NCBI GenBank assembly: GCA_965226825.1
Contig: CBDDED010000003.1
Span: 2,566,033 to 2,630,032, forward strand
Reading direction: 5' to 3'
Length of the DNA stretch: 64,000 bases
Source of the DNA: Dehalococcoidia bacterium
Lineage (GTDB): Bacteria > Chloroflexota > Dehalococcoidia > Lucifugimonadales > UBA3495
The notes below the pieces were generated by a model. The model had not been told where the DNA came from and ran no database searches. It saw nothing but the letters and a program-made list of their open reading frames with translations. Both the position numbers and the translations under genes were made by a program. Positions 9,889-18,921 of this stretch are shown here, one piece after another. Position 1 is the first letter of the stretch, and each line of letters starts with the position of its first letter.

Positions 9889-11887
9889 CCTCGGCGCCAT
9901 GTCGTTGTGGATAGCCCTGGCCCTGGCTTCTTACTCTCTTCTTGGGTCGGTCTCGGGCAAACTCATGGCGGCGCCGGCCCTGGTGCAGAGCGCTCAAAGA
10001 GCGGGCTACCTGGTGGCTTTGGCCCTGTTAGTGGCAACCCTGAGCCTCGTTGGCTCCTTTATCACCCAGGACTTCCAGGTGGCCTACGTAGCCGCTCACA
10101 GCGATCGGGCCATGCCCGGCCAGTTTACCTGGGTCGCCTTCTACGCCGGTAACGAAGGCTCTCTGCTTTACATTGCCTTTGCCCTTTCGGTCATGGCCGG
10201 CGTAGCCATCTGGAAGGCCCCCAGTCATCTTCGCGACACGCTGCCGTACACCGGCGCCGTGTTGATGTTGACCCTGGTTTTCTTCCTGGCGGTCATCGCA
10301 TTCATGGCCAACCCCTTCGACAAACTTGCCATCACTCCCCTCGACGGAGAGGGCATCAACCCGCTGTTGACCCACCTGGGCATGTTCTTCCACCCTCCCC
10401 TGCTCATGGCCGGCCTGGTTTCCATCAGCATCCCGCTGGCCTTCGCCATTGGGTCCCTGATCGGCGGACAAACGGCCGACGAATGGGTCGACGTTGGGCG
10501 GCAGTGGGGCCTGATTGCGTGGGCACTGCTGGCGGGCGGCCTGCTCCTGGGTTCATGGTGGGCGTACACCATCCTGGGATGGGGAGGGTTCTGGTTTTGG
10601 GACCCGGTAGAAAACGCCGCCTTCATGCCCTGGCTCGCTCTTACAGCCTTCGTCCACTCCATCATGGTCCAAAAACGGCGCGGCATGTTCCGCATGTGGA
10701 ACATCGTGCTGATCAACGTGGCGTTCAGCCTGGCCCTTTACGGAATGTTCATGAACCGGGGCGGCCCGGTGCCCTCGGTTCACTCCTTTGGGGCCTCGTC
10801 CCTGGGCTGGGTGTTTCTCTTGTTCCTGGCGGTGGGCACGGTAGTGCCATTCGCCATCTTCCTGTGGCGGTATCCCTTGTTGAAAAGCGCCCAACACCTG
10901 GATTCTATGCTTTCCCGGGAAGCAGCCTTTCTGATTAACAACCTGTTGCTGCTGGGCATTGCCTTTGTAACCCTTTGGGGAACGGTCTACCCGTTGATCT
11001 CCAAGCTGACCATCGGCGAGTCCATAACCATAGCCCGCCCGTTTTACGACCAGATCAACGGCCCCTTGTTCCTGGTCCTGCTCCTGGTAATGGGGGTGGG
11101 ACCGCTGCTGCCCTGGCGGCGTTCAACCCCCGCCGCGGCCTGGCATTCGCTATGGCTGCCAACGGCCGGAGGCGTAGTGACCGTGCTGGTCCTGGCCCTG
11201 TTGGGAATCCACCAGCCGTTCGCACTGATCGGGTTTGGCCTGGCGGCGTTCATCACCACCGGAATCCTCGCGGAATGGCACCGGGGTTCCAGGGCGCGGG
11301 GCCGGTCCCTGGGAGAACCCTACCCTTTGGCGTTCCTGCATTTGATTTGGGCCAACCGGCCCCGATACGGCGGCTACATCGTCCACCTTTCAGTCGTGAT
11401 GGTGGCTTTGGGCGTGGTCGGAACCTCGTTTTTCAACACGCAACTGGACCTGGTGCTGGCACCGGAAGAACGAGCCGTAATCGCGGGCTACGAAATACGT
11501 TACCTGGGCACCAACGAGATCCCGAAGGGGAACCGTACTGAATTCACATCCACCGTTGAGCTTTACCGCGACGGGCAGCTGTTGGATACTCTCCACCCCA
11601 GCCGTGCTTTTTACCCGTCCTTCAACATGGCCGCAACCCGGGCGGCCATTCGCTCGACCCCGGTGGACGACTTTTACCTGGTTCCAAGCGAAAATCTGGC
11701 CAACGGCAGCGTAGGATTCCGGGTATTGGTCAACCCGCTGGTCTGGTGGATGTGGGTAGCCGGTCCGTTTCTCGTGTTGGGGACTTTGGTCTCGCTTTGG
11801 CCCTCGTCTGCGCGGACGCCGGCTTTGGCGTCCCGACCGGCCCAAGGCGCGACGCCCGCGTCAGCTCTCCCCAGCCTCTCGGATTAG
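9881..11887 (+). CDS. ccmF: cytochrome c haem lyase subunit CcmF
   Basis: This 668-aa polytopic protein carries the WWD signature (WGGFWFWDPVENAAFMPWL). Its ATG overlaps the ccmH stop by 8 nt. Confidence 0.9.
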   Translation: MADLGAMSLWIALALASYSLLGSVSGKLMAAPALVQSAQRAGYLVALALLVATLSLVGSFITQDFQVAYVAAHSDRAMPGQFTWVAFYAGNEGSLLYIAFALSVMAGVAIWKAPSHLRDTLPYTGAVLMLTLVFFLAVIAFMANPFDKLAITPLDGEGINPLLTHLGMFFHPPLLMAGLVSISIPLAFAIGSLIGGQTADEWVDVGRQWGLIAWALLAGGLLLGSWWAYTILGWGGFWFWDPVENAAFMPWLALTAFVHSIMVQKRRGMFRMWNIVLINVAFSLALYGMFMNRGGPVPSVHSFGASSLGWVFLLFLAVGTVVPFAIFLWRYPLLKSAQHLDSMLSREAAFLINNLLLLGIAFVTLWGTVYPLISKLTIGESITIARPFYDQINGPLFLVLLLVMGVGPLLPWRRSTPAAAWHSLWLPTAGGVVTVLVLALLGIHQPFALIGFGLAAFITTGILAEWHRGSRARGRSLGEPYPLAFLHLIWANRPRYGGYIVHLSVVMVALGVVGTSFFNTQLDLVLAPEERAVIAGYEIRYLGTNEIPKGNRTEFTSTVELYRDGQLLDTLHPSRAFYPSFNMAATRAAIRSTPVDDFYLVPSENLANGSVGFRVLVNPLVWWMWVAGPFLVLGTLVSLWPSSARTPALASRPAQGATPASALPSLSD

Positions 11888-11973
11888 ATGTCCTAAAACG
11901 CCGGCATGCGGTATCCTTTCCCCAAAAGGCTGCGCCGGCTTGGTAGCGCCGCACTGAATTTCGAGTTGGTAAA

Positions 11974-12366
11974 TTGGCATTTATAGTGGCTGTCGCTCTC
12001 TCCCTCTTCTGCCTGGCCATCGTGGTTTTCCCGCTGGTTTTGGCCCGGTACGGTCACCGGACCGGCGGCACAGGAGCAGCGACGCCTCCGGACGCACTGG
12101 AATACCAAGCAATCAGGGAAGCAATTCTGACGTTGCGGCTGGACCACGACCTGGGCAAAATCGGCCCCGAGCAGTACCAGGAGCAGTTACAGGGCTACCG
12201 TTTGGCCGCGGCCGATGCTCTGCGGCGGCATAGCCAAGCAGGTGAAGACGCAATGGAAATGCTGTTGGAAGATGAAGTGCTGGCGGCCAGGTCTAGCCTG
12301 GGCCAGTCTGACGGCCCCGCCGGGGATTCGGGCCGGGAATCAACCGAACCCTCCCTCGGGCGCTAA
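11974..12366 (+). CDS. hypothetical membrane-anchored protein with SHOCT-like helical motif
   Basis: This 130-aa ORF has an N-terminal TM helix (FIVAVALSLFCLAIVVFPLVLA) followed by LTLRLDHDLGKIGPEQYQEQLQGYR. The SD is weak and the start (TTG) is uncertain. Confidence 0.5.
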   Translation: MAFIVAVALSLFCLAIVVFPLVLARYGHRTGGTGAATPPDALEYQAIREAILTLRLDHDLGKIGPEQYQEQLQGYRLAAADALRRHSQAGEDAMEMLLEDEVLAARSSLGQSDGPAGDSGRESTEPSLGR

Positions 12367-12372
12367 CTAACC

Positions 12373-13689
12373 TTGTTCCCCCAATCAGACCCCCCCGGGA
12401 AAGCCGCCGTAATCCGAAAGTTTGTTGTGCCGTTCATTCTGGCCTGCGCCGCGGCGCTCGCCCTGGCGTTGACCGTGCCGGCCACTGGGAACGCCCAATC
12501 CGTGGGACCCGTGTCTGGAATGGTGGTCAACGGTACAGAGGGCGGCGAAGTTCCCTCCGGATTGACCGTTTTGCTTCTGGCGACCGACGAGCTTGGCGCC
12601 CTGGTGCATTCCGGCCAAACCGTGACTGGCCCAAACGGCGAATTCTCCTTCCCCAATGTCCCCCTAGACGGCAGACGCTATTTGTTTAACGTTCCCTACT
12701 CCGGCATCGATTACCGACAGGTTGTCACCTCGGCCGAGGCTACGACCCCATTCCTTGAGGGAATCACCCTTACGGTCTACGAAACAACCCATGACGTCTC
12801 GGTGATTCAAGTATCCCGCCAGGTGTTGGTGATCGCGGGGGTTGACCCCAAAGCACGCATGGTTTCCGCCCTGGAGTTTGTGCGGTTCTCCAATACCAGC
12901 GACCGCACTTTGCAACCCGACCTGACGGCTGCGGCGCCAATGATGAGCTTCATGCGATTTTCCCTGCCGCCGCAAACCTCCGAACTCAACGTAAACTCAG
13001 ACCTGCCTGCTGGCGAAGTCATATCCATTGGGACGGGGTTCGCGGTCACCTCACCCGTTATCCCGGGAAGCCATAGCGTCGAATTCACTTTCGCGTTCCC
13101 GTATGATGGAGATAGCGTGTCATATCGACAAAATCTTCTCCAGGGCGCGGCGGCATACCAGTTGATGATCCCGGAGTCTCTGTCTTCCATACAGGTCAAT
13201 CCGCTCAACCCGGCTGCCCCGGTGGACATACAGGGAACCCCGTACAAGGTATGGGAAATCAAAGACTCGGCCGCCAGGGAAGGATTCACTCTGGAGTTGA
13301 CCAACCTGCTCCAGCCGTCCCTCGCAGACCGGTTGGCCGCAAGCCTGAGCAGCACCGCCCTGTGGCAAATCGTAATACCCGTAACGTTGGGGGCCGGATT
13401 GGCCGTGGCCCTGGTGCTGGGTATAGTGAACCGGCCGCGGCCTGCAACAGCACAACCCGGTGGCGATAGCGGAATTGAAACAACGCCCTCAGAGGTCCCA
13501 GGTCAAGACCATCCTGAAACCAGAGAAGACCTGGTCTTGCAGTTGGCCTTGTTGGACCAGAGGTTCGAGTCGGGACAGGTGCCTCCCGAAGACTACAATT
13601 CCACCAGGCAAGCCTTGAAAGAAAGGATTATGGAATTGACCCGGGCAACCGAGTCCGTGACGAACCCGTCTTCCTCTGACTCGAGTTGA
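12373..13689 (+). CDS. secreted/membrane-anchored hypothetical protein (beta-rich ectodomain, C-terminal TM, SHOCT-like tail)
   Basis: This 438-aa ORF has a signal peptide (PFILACAAALALALTVPATGNAQS), a long beta-rich region, a TM helix near residue 340 (ALWQIVIPVTLGAGLAVALVLGIV) and a tail LALLDQRFESGQVPPEDYNSTRQALKERI. The start is ambiguous: TTG at 12373 or an internal GTG. Confidence 0.6.
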   Translation: MFPQSDPPGKAAVIRKFVVPFILACAAALALALTVPATGNAQSVGPVSGMVVNGTEGGEVPSGLTVLLLATDELGALVHSGQTVTGPNGEFSFPNVPLDGRRYLFNVPYSGIDYRQVVTSAEATTPFLEGITLTVYETTHDVSVIQVSRQVLVIAGVDPKARMVSALEFVRFSNTSDRTLQPDLTAAAPMMSFMRFSLPPQTSELNVNSDLPAGEVISIGTGFAVTSPVIPGSHSVEFTFAFPYDGDSVSYRQNLLQGAAAYQLMIPESLSSIQVNPLNPAAPVDIQGTPYKVWEIKDSAAREGFTLELTNLLQPSLADRLAASLSSTALWQIVIPVTLGAGLAVALVLGIVNRPRPATAQPGGDSGIETTPSEVPGQDHPETREDLVLQLALLDQRFESGQVPPEDYNSTRQALKERIMELTRATESVTNPSSSDSS

Positions 13690-13730
13690 GCAGTTAGCTG
13701 CCGGACCATGGTCCTGGCGGAGTTGAACCT

Positions 13731-14342
13731 TTGACCAAACGCGGTTGGATAGCCGTCGGTATCGCTGTGCCCGTGCTGGCGTTTTTGGCGGTGTTGGCCT
13801 GGGCTTCGGCGGAGTCCGGGGGTCAAGCCGGCGGCCTCGCGATCAACAATGAGTTCGGCGAGATTGCGGTGTCCCGGGAACTCGCTCCCGACTTCAACCT
13901 GGACCTGTTCGACGGGGGCAGCGTGGAGATGTCCCAGCTTCGGGGCAGGATTGTGTTCCTGGATTTCTGGGCTTCGTGGTGCCCGCCCTGCCGGCACGAG
14001 GCGCCAGACCTGGCGGAGGTTTACCTGGAATATCGGGACCGTCCGGTGGAATTTGTGGGCGTCGACATTTGGGACGATCCAACTGCCGCCGTGAAATTCT
14101 TGGAGGATTTCCAGACTCCATATCCCAACGGAAGGGACGAAACCGGCGAGATCGCCATCAATTACGGCGTCCGCGGTGTCCCCGAGAAGTTCTTTATTGG
14201 CCCGGACGGCTCAGTCTTGAAGAAATTTGTTGGACCGATCAACGGCAGCGACCTGCGGCAGGTCCTGGACGACCTGTTGCTCCAGGAAGCCGCTCGGCTT
14301 GGCGAGGGTCAAACCAAAGTAAATAGGGAGGCAACCCGATGA
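13731..14342 (+). CDS. TlpA/ResA/CcmG-like thiol:disulfide oxidoreductase
   Basis: It has an N-terminal membrane anchor and a thioredoxin fold with the active site FWASWCPPCRHE. It sits in a cytochrome c maturation context. Confidence 0.85.
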   Translation: MTKRGWIAVGIAVPVLAFLAVLAWASAESGGQAGGLAINNEFGEIAVSRELAPDFNLDLFDGGSVEMSQLRGRIVFLDFWASWCPPCRHEAPDLAEVYLEYRDRPVEFVGVDIWDDPTAAVKFLEDFQTPYPNGRDETGEIAINYGVRGVPEKFFIGPDGSVLKKFVGPINGSDLRQVLDDLLLQEAARLGEGQTKVNREATR

Positions 14343-15352
14343 GTTCGCCGACTAACGCAGTGGTTGCCATGGACTGGGGCGGCACCTGGATTCGGGTCGC
14401 AGTGGTGGACCGCGCCGGCTCCGTTACCTGGGAGGACCGCACTCCAAGCCCCAAAGGGGGGACGCAGTCCCAGTTGCTGGACGCTGCCGGCGCCATGCTG
14501 GCTCGCGGCTTTGAACAGGGGAAACCCCTGGGGCTGGGCGGCCTGGGAATCGCCATCGCCGGGCCCGTGGACGCCGACACCGGCATGATGTTTCATCCGC
14601 CAAACCTGCCGAGCCTGGACGGCATCTCGGTCAAAACACACTTTGAGACGGAGTTTGGTTGTACGGCGTGGATCGGCAACGACGCCAATTTAGCCGCGCT
14701 GGGGGAGTTCCGCTACGGAGCAGGCAAAGACGCTCGGGAACAGGGGCGCCCATCTACCACCCTGGCCTACGTGACGGTGAGCACCGGTATAGGCGGCGGG
14801 GTCGTCGATCGAGGCCGGATGTTCCTGGGGGTCAACGGCCTGGCTACAGAGGTAGGGCACATGTCAATTGACGGAGGCCGCGAGGCTACGCCCTGTCCCT
14901 GCGGCAGCCGGGGCTGCCTGGAGGCGTTGGCATCGGGCGCGAGCATCGCCCGGATCGCCAGACAGCGGATCTCCCAACTGCCGGCCCCAACCTCTACCCT
15001 GTCCGCAATGGACCTGGGATCAATCACTTCAGAGGTCGTGTTCCAAGAGGCGGCGGCCGGCGATCCCCTGGCTCAGGATATTGTCGAGGACGTACTCCAA
15101 GCCCTGGGGGTGGGACTCACTAATATCCTGCATCTTTACAACCCGGACCTGGTCGTATTGGGCGGGGGCGTGTCCGTTGGCCTGGAGCAGTTGGAATTGC
15201 TGCCGCGGATCCACGAAATCATGACGTCGCGGGCCATGAGTGAGAAACACAACGAATTTCGGTTGGTAGCGAGTTCCCTTGGAGGAGACAGGGCAGGGAT
15301 CATCGGGGCGGCCGCCCTGGCCTGGGACAGCCTGGAGCATCACGCTTGCTAG
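14339..15352 (+). CDS. ROK family sugar kinase (glucokinase-like)
   Basis: It has an N-terminal DxGGT-type ATP motif (AMDWGGTWIRVAVVD) and the ROK zinc motif CPCGSRGCLEALASG. An ATGA overlap joins it to the preceding gene. Confidence 0.85.
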   Translation: MSSPTNAVVAMDWGGTWIRVAVVDRAGSVTWEDRTPSPKGGTQSQLLDAAGAMLARGFEQGKPLGLGGLGIAIAGPVDADTGMMFHPPNLPSLDGISVKTHFETEFGCTAWIGNDANLAALGEFRYGAGKDAREQGRPSTTLAYVTVSTGIGGGVVDRGRMFLGVNGLATEVGHMSIDGGREATPCPCGSRGCLEALASGASIARIARQRISQLPAPTSTLSAMDLGSITSEVVFQEAAAGDPLAQDIVEDVLQALGVGLTNILHLYNPDLVVLGGGVSVGLEQLELLPRIHEIMTSRAMSEKHNEFRLVASSLGGDRAGIIGAAALAWDSLEHHAC

Positions 15353-15431
15353 ACCGGCGGTCCGGCACGGTTAGCCTCGGCGCTGCCGCTAACGCCAGCC
15401 ACTTGGGGCGGCCTCCCGGCAATCCGGTAGG

Positions 15432-16202
15432 CTAAACGATGTACTTTCCCCCTACCACGTTCAGCCGGTCGCCGGTGATGTAGCCTGATTCGTCGGAAGC
15501 GAAGAACAAGCAGGCGTTGGCGATGTCGGCCACTGTGGCCTGCCGGTGCATCGGAATATCCTTCAGGTGGTCGTCCGATCCTCGCGCAACGGCCTCAAAC
15601 TCCGGATACCACTCCGGGCTGCGCCGTTCGGTGTCGGTGGAGCCAGGATTGACCACGTTGGCCCGAACGTTGTAGGGCGCCATCTCTGCCGCCACCGACC
15701 GTATCAACCCCAACATCCCGGTTTTGGCGGCGGTCACGGTGGATGTCCCCGGTCGGCCGGTGATCGCGGCCTGTCCCCCCAGGGCAACAATGCTCCCGGA
15801 CTCTCTTTCCATCATGCCGGGCAATACCGACCGGCACAGATAAAAGGTCGCATTCAGGTTGGTCCCCATCACCTGCAGCCACTCTTCATCCGTAACTTCA
15901 ACGATCGGCCGGTGCGGCCGGATTGCCACATTTGAAACCAGGATGTCGATCTTGCCAAAGACCCGGATGCCGTCGTCCACCATGCTGTTAACTTGGGCGG
16001 AATCGGAAACGTCGGCCAACACGGTGTGGGCGTTAACTCCCAATTCCCGGCATTCCGCCGCCACGTCTTGAAGCTCCGCATCGCTGCTGCGGGTGTTAAG
16101 AATCAGATCGGCCCCCTCGCGGGCAAAGGTCACAGCAATTTCCCGGCCGATGTTTCGACTGGCCCCGGTGATGAGTGCGGTTTTTCCTTCGAGCCTCATC
16201 AA
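15432..16202 (-). CDS. SDR family oxidoreductase (3-oxoacyl-ACP reductase-like)
   Basis: This 256-aa protein has the TGASRNIG Rossmann motif. An SD (GGGAGG) lies upstream of the ATG at 16202. Confidence 0.9.
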   Translation of the reverse strand: MMRLEGKTALITGASRNIGREIAVTFAREGADLILNTRSSDAELQDVAAECRELGVNAHTVLADVSDSAQVNSMVDDGIRVFGKIDILVSNVAIRPHRPIVEVTDEEWLQVMGTNLNATFYLCRSVLPGMMERESGSIVALGGQAAITGRPGTSTVTAAKTGMLGLIRSVAAEMAPYNVRANVVNPGSTDTERRSPEWYPEFEAVARGSDDHLKDIPMHRQATVADIANACLFFASDESGYITGDRLNVVGGKYIV

Positions 16203-16360
16203 GCCTCCCTGAAATCACCCAATTCAGCGCCTTGTTGCGCCTGCCAGAGGCTACCACAAGCAACCGCAACGGGCAAACCAAGTCCCCAAACCAAACCGGG
16301 TAATCCCGTTTCAATCCGCCAGCACAGAGGCCGAAACCCACTGATGCCGCAGCTGAACAG

Positions 16361-16700
16361 GGTCATGGATACATCACACGCCCCCCCCGTCATCCTCGCC
16401 GCAGCGGGGATCCAGAGCCCTTTCCATCATTCAACCTGGTAAAGATTCAAACGCGATTGCCCTACCGATCGGCGGGCAGCAACTCCTGACCCCCATCGCC
16501 CTTGACCGACGCCTCGCGTGGTGTGAAAAAAGGTCATGTATACATCCCACGCCACCCCCCGTCATCCTCGCCGCAGCGGGGATCCAGAGCCCTTGCCTTC
16601 AATCAACCTCGTAAAGATTCGAATGCGATTGCCCTACCGACGGACGGGCAGCGACGCCTGTCTCCGCCGCCCTTGACCGACGCCTCGCGTGGTGTGAAAA
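16361..16700. repeat. two tandem copies of a ~171-bp unit (16361..16531 and 16532..16700)
   Basis: The two units align base by base with roughly 85-90% identity. Each contains the 35-nt module CCCGTCATCCTCGCCGCAGCGGGGATCCAGAGCCC (starting near 16387 and 16558) and the AATGCGATTGCCCT box that is also seen at 33208. Confidence 0.9.
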
Positions 16701-16701
16701 T
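16673..16701 (+). promoter_or_regulatory. candidate sigma70-type promoter carried by the repeat unit
   Basis: It reads TTGACC (16673..16678), a 17-nt spacer, then TGT-GAAAAT (16696..16701), about 47 nt upstream of the FAH ATG. The same sequence recurs one repeat unit upstream (TTGACC at about 16502). Confidence 0.3.
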
Positions 16702-16747
16702 TGGGCAAAATTCTCGTTCACGACTTTTGGCTTCAGGAGCTTTTGAT

Positions 16748-17557
16748 ATGAAATGGTGCCGGTTCCAGAAAGGTGAAAAAATCGCATACGGAGTCATCCA
16801 GGGGGAGACTGTAGTCGAAGTGGTTGGCAGTCCCTTTGACGCCAACGGGGCAAACGATAAGGCCGGGGTGGAACAGAAGAGGGTAGCCCAGCACCAGCTA
16901 TCCGACGTCAAGCTGCTGGCGCCGGTGATCCCGCCCACATTTTATGCCGCGGGCATCAACTACCCGGAACACGTCACCTGGGCCGCCCAGATGCGGGGAG
17001 AAGAGCCCAAGCTGCCGGAAAAAGCCGACATAGGTTACCGAGCGGTTAACTCGCTGACCGGCCATCAAGACCCCATCATTGTTCCCAAAGACGCCACCAC
17101 CGAAGTCCAGTACGAAGGTGAGTTGGTGGTGGTCATTGGCAAGACCTGCAAGAACGTCACCGAAAGCCAGGCGTTGGACTATGTGTTTGGCTACACCATC
17201 GGCAACGACGTAAGCGAACGCACCTGGCAGCGGGGCGACCGGACCTTCTGGCGAGCCAAGAACAGCGACACGTTCGCGCCCATGGGTCCCTGGATCGTGA
17301 CCGACCTGGAACCTGACGACCTCCACGTCACCGTCAGGCTGAACGAACGGACTGTCGGCGAATACGACGTCAAGTCAGCAATTTTCAGCGTCCGCCATTA
17401 CATCAGCGAAATGAGCAAATACCTGACGTTGGTCCCCGGCGACGTAGTCTGGATGGGCACCGACGGCGCCACCGAAAACATGAAAGACGGCGACACGATA
17501 GAAGTGGACATCAGCGAAATAGGCACCCTCAGCAACAAGGTGGTCTGGGAGAAGTAG
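16748..17557 (+). CDS. fumarylacetoacetate hydrolase (FAH) family protein
   Basis: This is the C-terminal 269 aa of the track ORF 16502..17557. It starts at MKWCRFQKGEKIAYGVI, with an AGGAG SD 9 nt upstream. The FAH-family body includes EGELVVVIGK and GPWIVT. The upstream part of the track ORF is only translated repeat. Confidence 0.85.
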   Translation: MKWCRFQKGEKIAYGVIQGETVVEVVGSPFDANGANDKAGVEQKRVAQHQLSDVKLLAPVIPPTFYAAGINYPEHVTWAAQMRGEEPKLPEKADIGYRAVNSLTGHQDPIIVPKDATTEVQYEGELVVVIGKTCKNVTESQALDYVFGYTIGNDVSERTWQRGDRTFWRAKNSDTFAPMGPWIVTDLEPDDLHVTVRLNERTVGEYDVKSAIFSVRHYISEMSKYLTLVPGDVVWMGTDGATENMKDGDTIEVDISEIGTLSNKVVWEK

Positions 17558-17651
17558 CCGCCATTCCGACATGGCGTCAAACCGGTGGGGCCCCGTGTCC
17601 TATTATTCCAATGGCTTAGCTGGCCTTGGCCAGGTGGTATAGAACAGGTAT

Positions 17652-17855
17652 ATGTCACGCTCCAATGAAAACATCGATGATCAGGCGTGCGCAGAGGTAA
17701 TGCGGCGTTATCAACTGGCGACCAAGCGCGAAGCGATTAACTTCGCCCTGCGGACGCTGGCAGCCGAACAGGCATCTGTGGACGAGGCTCGATCGCTTCG
17801 AGGGATCGGCTGGGAGGGCGACCTCGACGCGATGCGTTCCAGCCGTTCGGCGTAA
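17652..17855 (+). CDS. vapB: type II antitoxin, VapB-like
   Basis: This 67-aa protein (NIDDQACAEVMRRYQLATKREAINFALRTLAAE) is typical of small ribbon-helix-type antitoxins and sits immediately upstream of a PIN-domain reading frame. Confidence 0.7.
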   Translation: MSRSNENIDDQACAEVMRRYQLATKREAINFALRTLAAEQASVDEARSLRGIGWEGDLDAMRSSRSA

Positions 17856-18290
17856 TTCTGGTCGATACTTCGGCCTGGATAGAGTTCCTGCGAAATTCGG
17901 GGTCCCCAGTTTGCTCCCTGGTTGATGAACTATTGGCGAGCGAGATTGCCACCTGCAATGCGGTGCAGATGGAAGTGCTGGCCGGGGCGCGGGACGAATC
18001 GCATCTGCAGAGCCTTCGGCGGCTGCTGGCACCGACGGTGGTAATACCAACCTTGGCGACGGACTTTGAGGATGCCGCTGTGTTATATCGACGTTGCCGG
18101 CAGCGGGGGGAGACTGTTCGCAAGTTGATTGATTGTCTAATTGCCTCCGTTGCCATACGCGCCGGTGTTGCATAAGGACGCCGACTTTGACGTGCTTGCC
18201 CGCCATACCGGGTTGCAAATTCATGAAAATACACCCGGGTGGGCTTTGCAAAAAAATAGGATTGAGGGCGGACTTCACCCGCAAGGGTGA
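17852..18290 (+). pseudogene. vapC: PIN-domain toxin VapC, disrupted (no canonical start, +1 frameshift near 18141..18175)
   Basis: The frame open from 17741 reads VILVDTSAWIEFLRNSGSP...LIDCLIASVAIRAGVA and stops at 18175. The expected C-terminus (PVLHKDADFDVLARHTGLQIHE) continues in the +1 frame to 18290. No ATG, GTG or TTG lies before TTG 17933, and only ATT 17855 overlaps the vapB stop. Confidence 0.7.
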
Positions 18291-18380
18291 ACTATCCGAA
18301 TTAATTTGGAGATGTTCCCTGAGCAGCAAGCTGAATTATTCCGCCGTTCCAAGGAAACATTTTGTCCCCGCCATTGACAT

Positions 18381-18803
18381 CTACCTAACATCCGACCACG
18401 AGTCACCCGTACTGACGCTCACTGATTGCCCGGTGTGCTTGTCAACCACAATCCGGTCTCCCAGCGGCTCCGCCAGGCGGAGATTAACTTGATCCGCACA
18501 GTCATCGCCACCTATCCAGGGAGTGGAGAAGGCGATCACCTCAACCTGCACATCGGCTTCGGTTTCCCTCACAAATACCATTTCTGGGTCTCCATTGCAG
18601 GAGGCGACAGAAAGTCTGAGCCGGTCTGGAGGAACGAACAACGCCCTATCCACACTCACTGAGCCACGCCAGGCACCCCCACCCAGGTGATGCCAAAGCA
18701 TGAAACAGGCCACAAAGACCAACAGCCCAGTTATAACCGCCGTCACAACTATCGTTCCAAGACGACCGGAGAAGAATCTTCTTGAACCGGAATTGCTTGT
18801 CAA
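18381..18803 (-). CDS. membrane-anchored hypothetical protein
   Basis: This 140-aa protein has a strong SD (AAGGAGG) 5 nt before the TTG start, an N-terminal TM helix (LGTIVVTAVITGLLVFVACFMLW) and an extracytoplasmic domain with 2 Cys. It lies downstream of the protease and in the same orientation. Confidence 0.65.
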   Translation of the reverse strand: MTSNSGSRRFFSGRLGTIVVTAVITGLLVFVACFMLWHHLGGGAWRGSVSVDRALFVPPDRLRLSVASCNGDPEMVFVRETEADVQVEVIAFSTPWIGGDDCADQVNLRLAEPLGDRIVVDKHTGQSVSVSTGDSWSDVR

Positions 18804-18883
18804 AAGGCCTCCTTGGTTAACCCCACCTTGCCTTACCGTTCAACCACCATGAGCCCATGTAGCGACCTGCCCAATAGGGATAG

Positions 18884-18905
18884 CCGGGAGCGCGCACGCT
18901 CCCGG
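18884..18905 (-). terminator. perfect 9-bp GC hairpin downstream of the protease gene
   Basis: The hairpin is CCGGGAGCG-CGCA-CGCTCCCGG, 17 nt after the protease stop. It has no clear U-tract. Confidence 0.35.
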
Positions 18906-18921
18906 CCAGTCTTCCTACATT

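Noticed and set aside
16502-16747. N-terminal 82 codons of track ORF 16502..17557 (repeated peptide LTDASRGVK)
   Set aside because: This stretch is a translation of the 171-bp tandem repeat. The FAH homology and a good SD (AGGAG) begin at ATG 16748.
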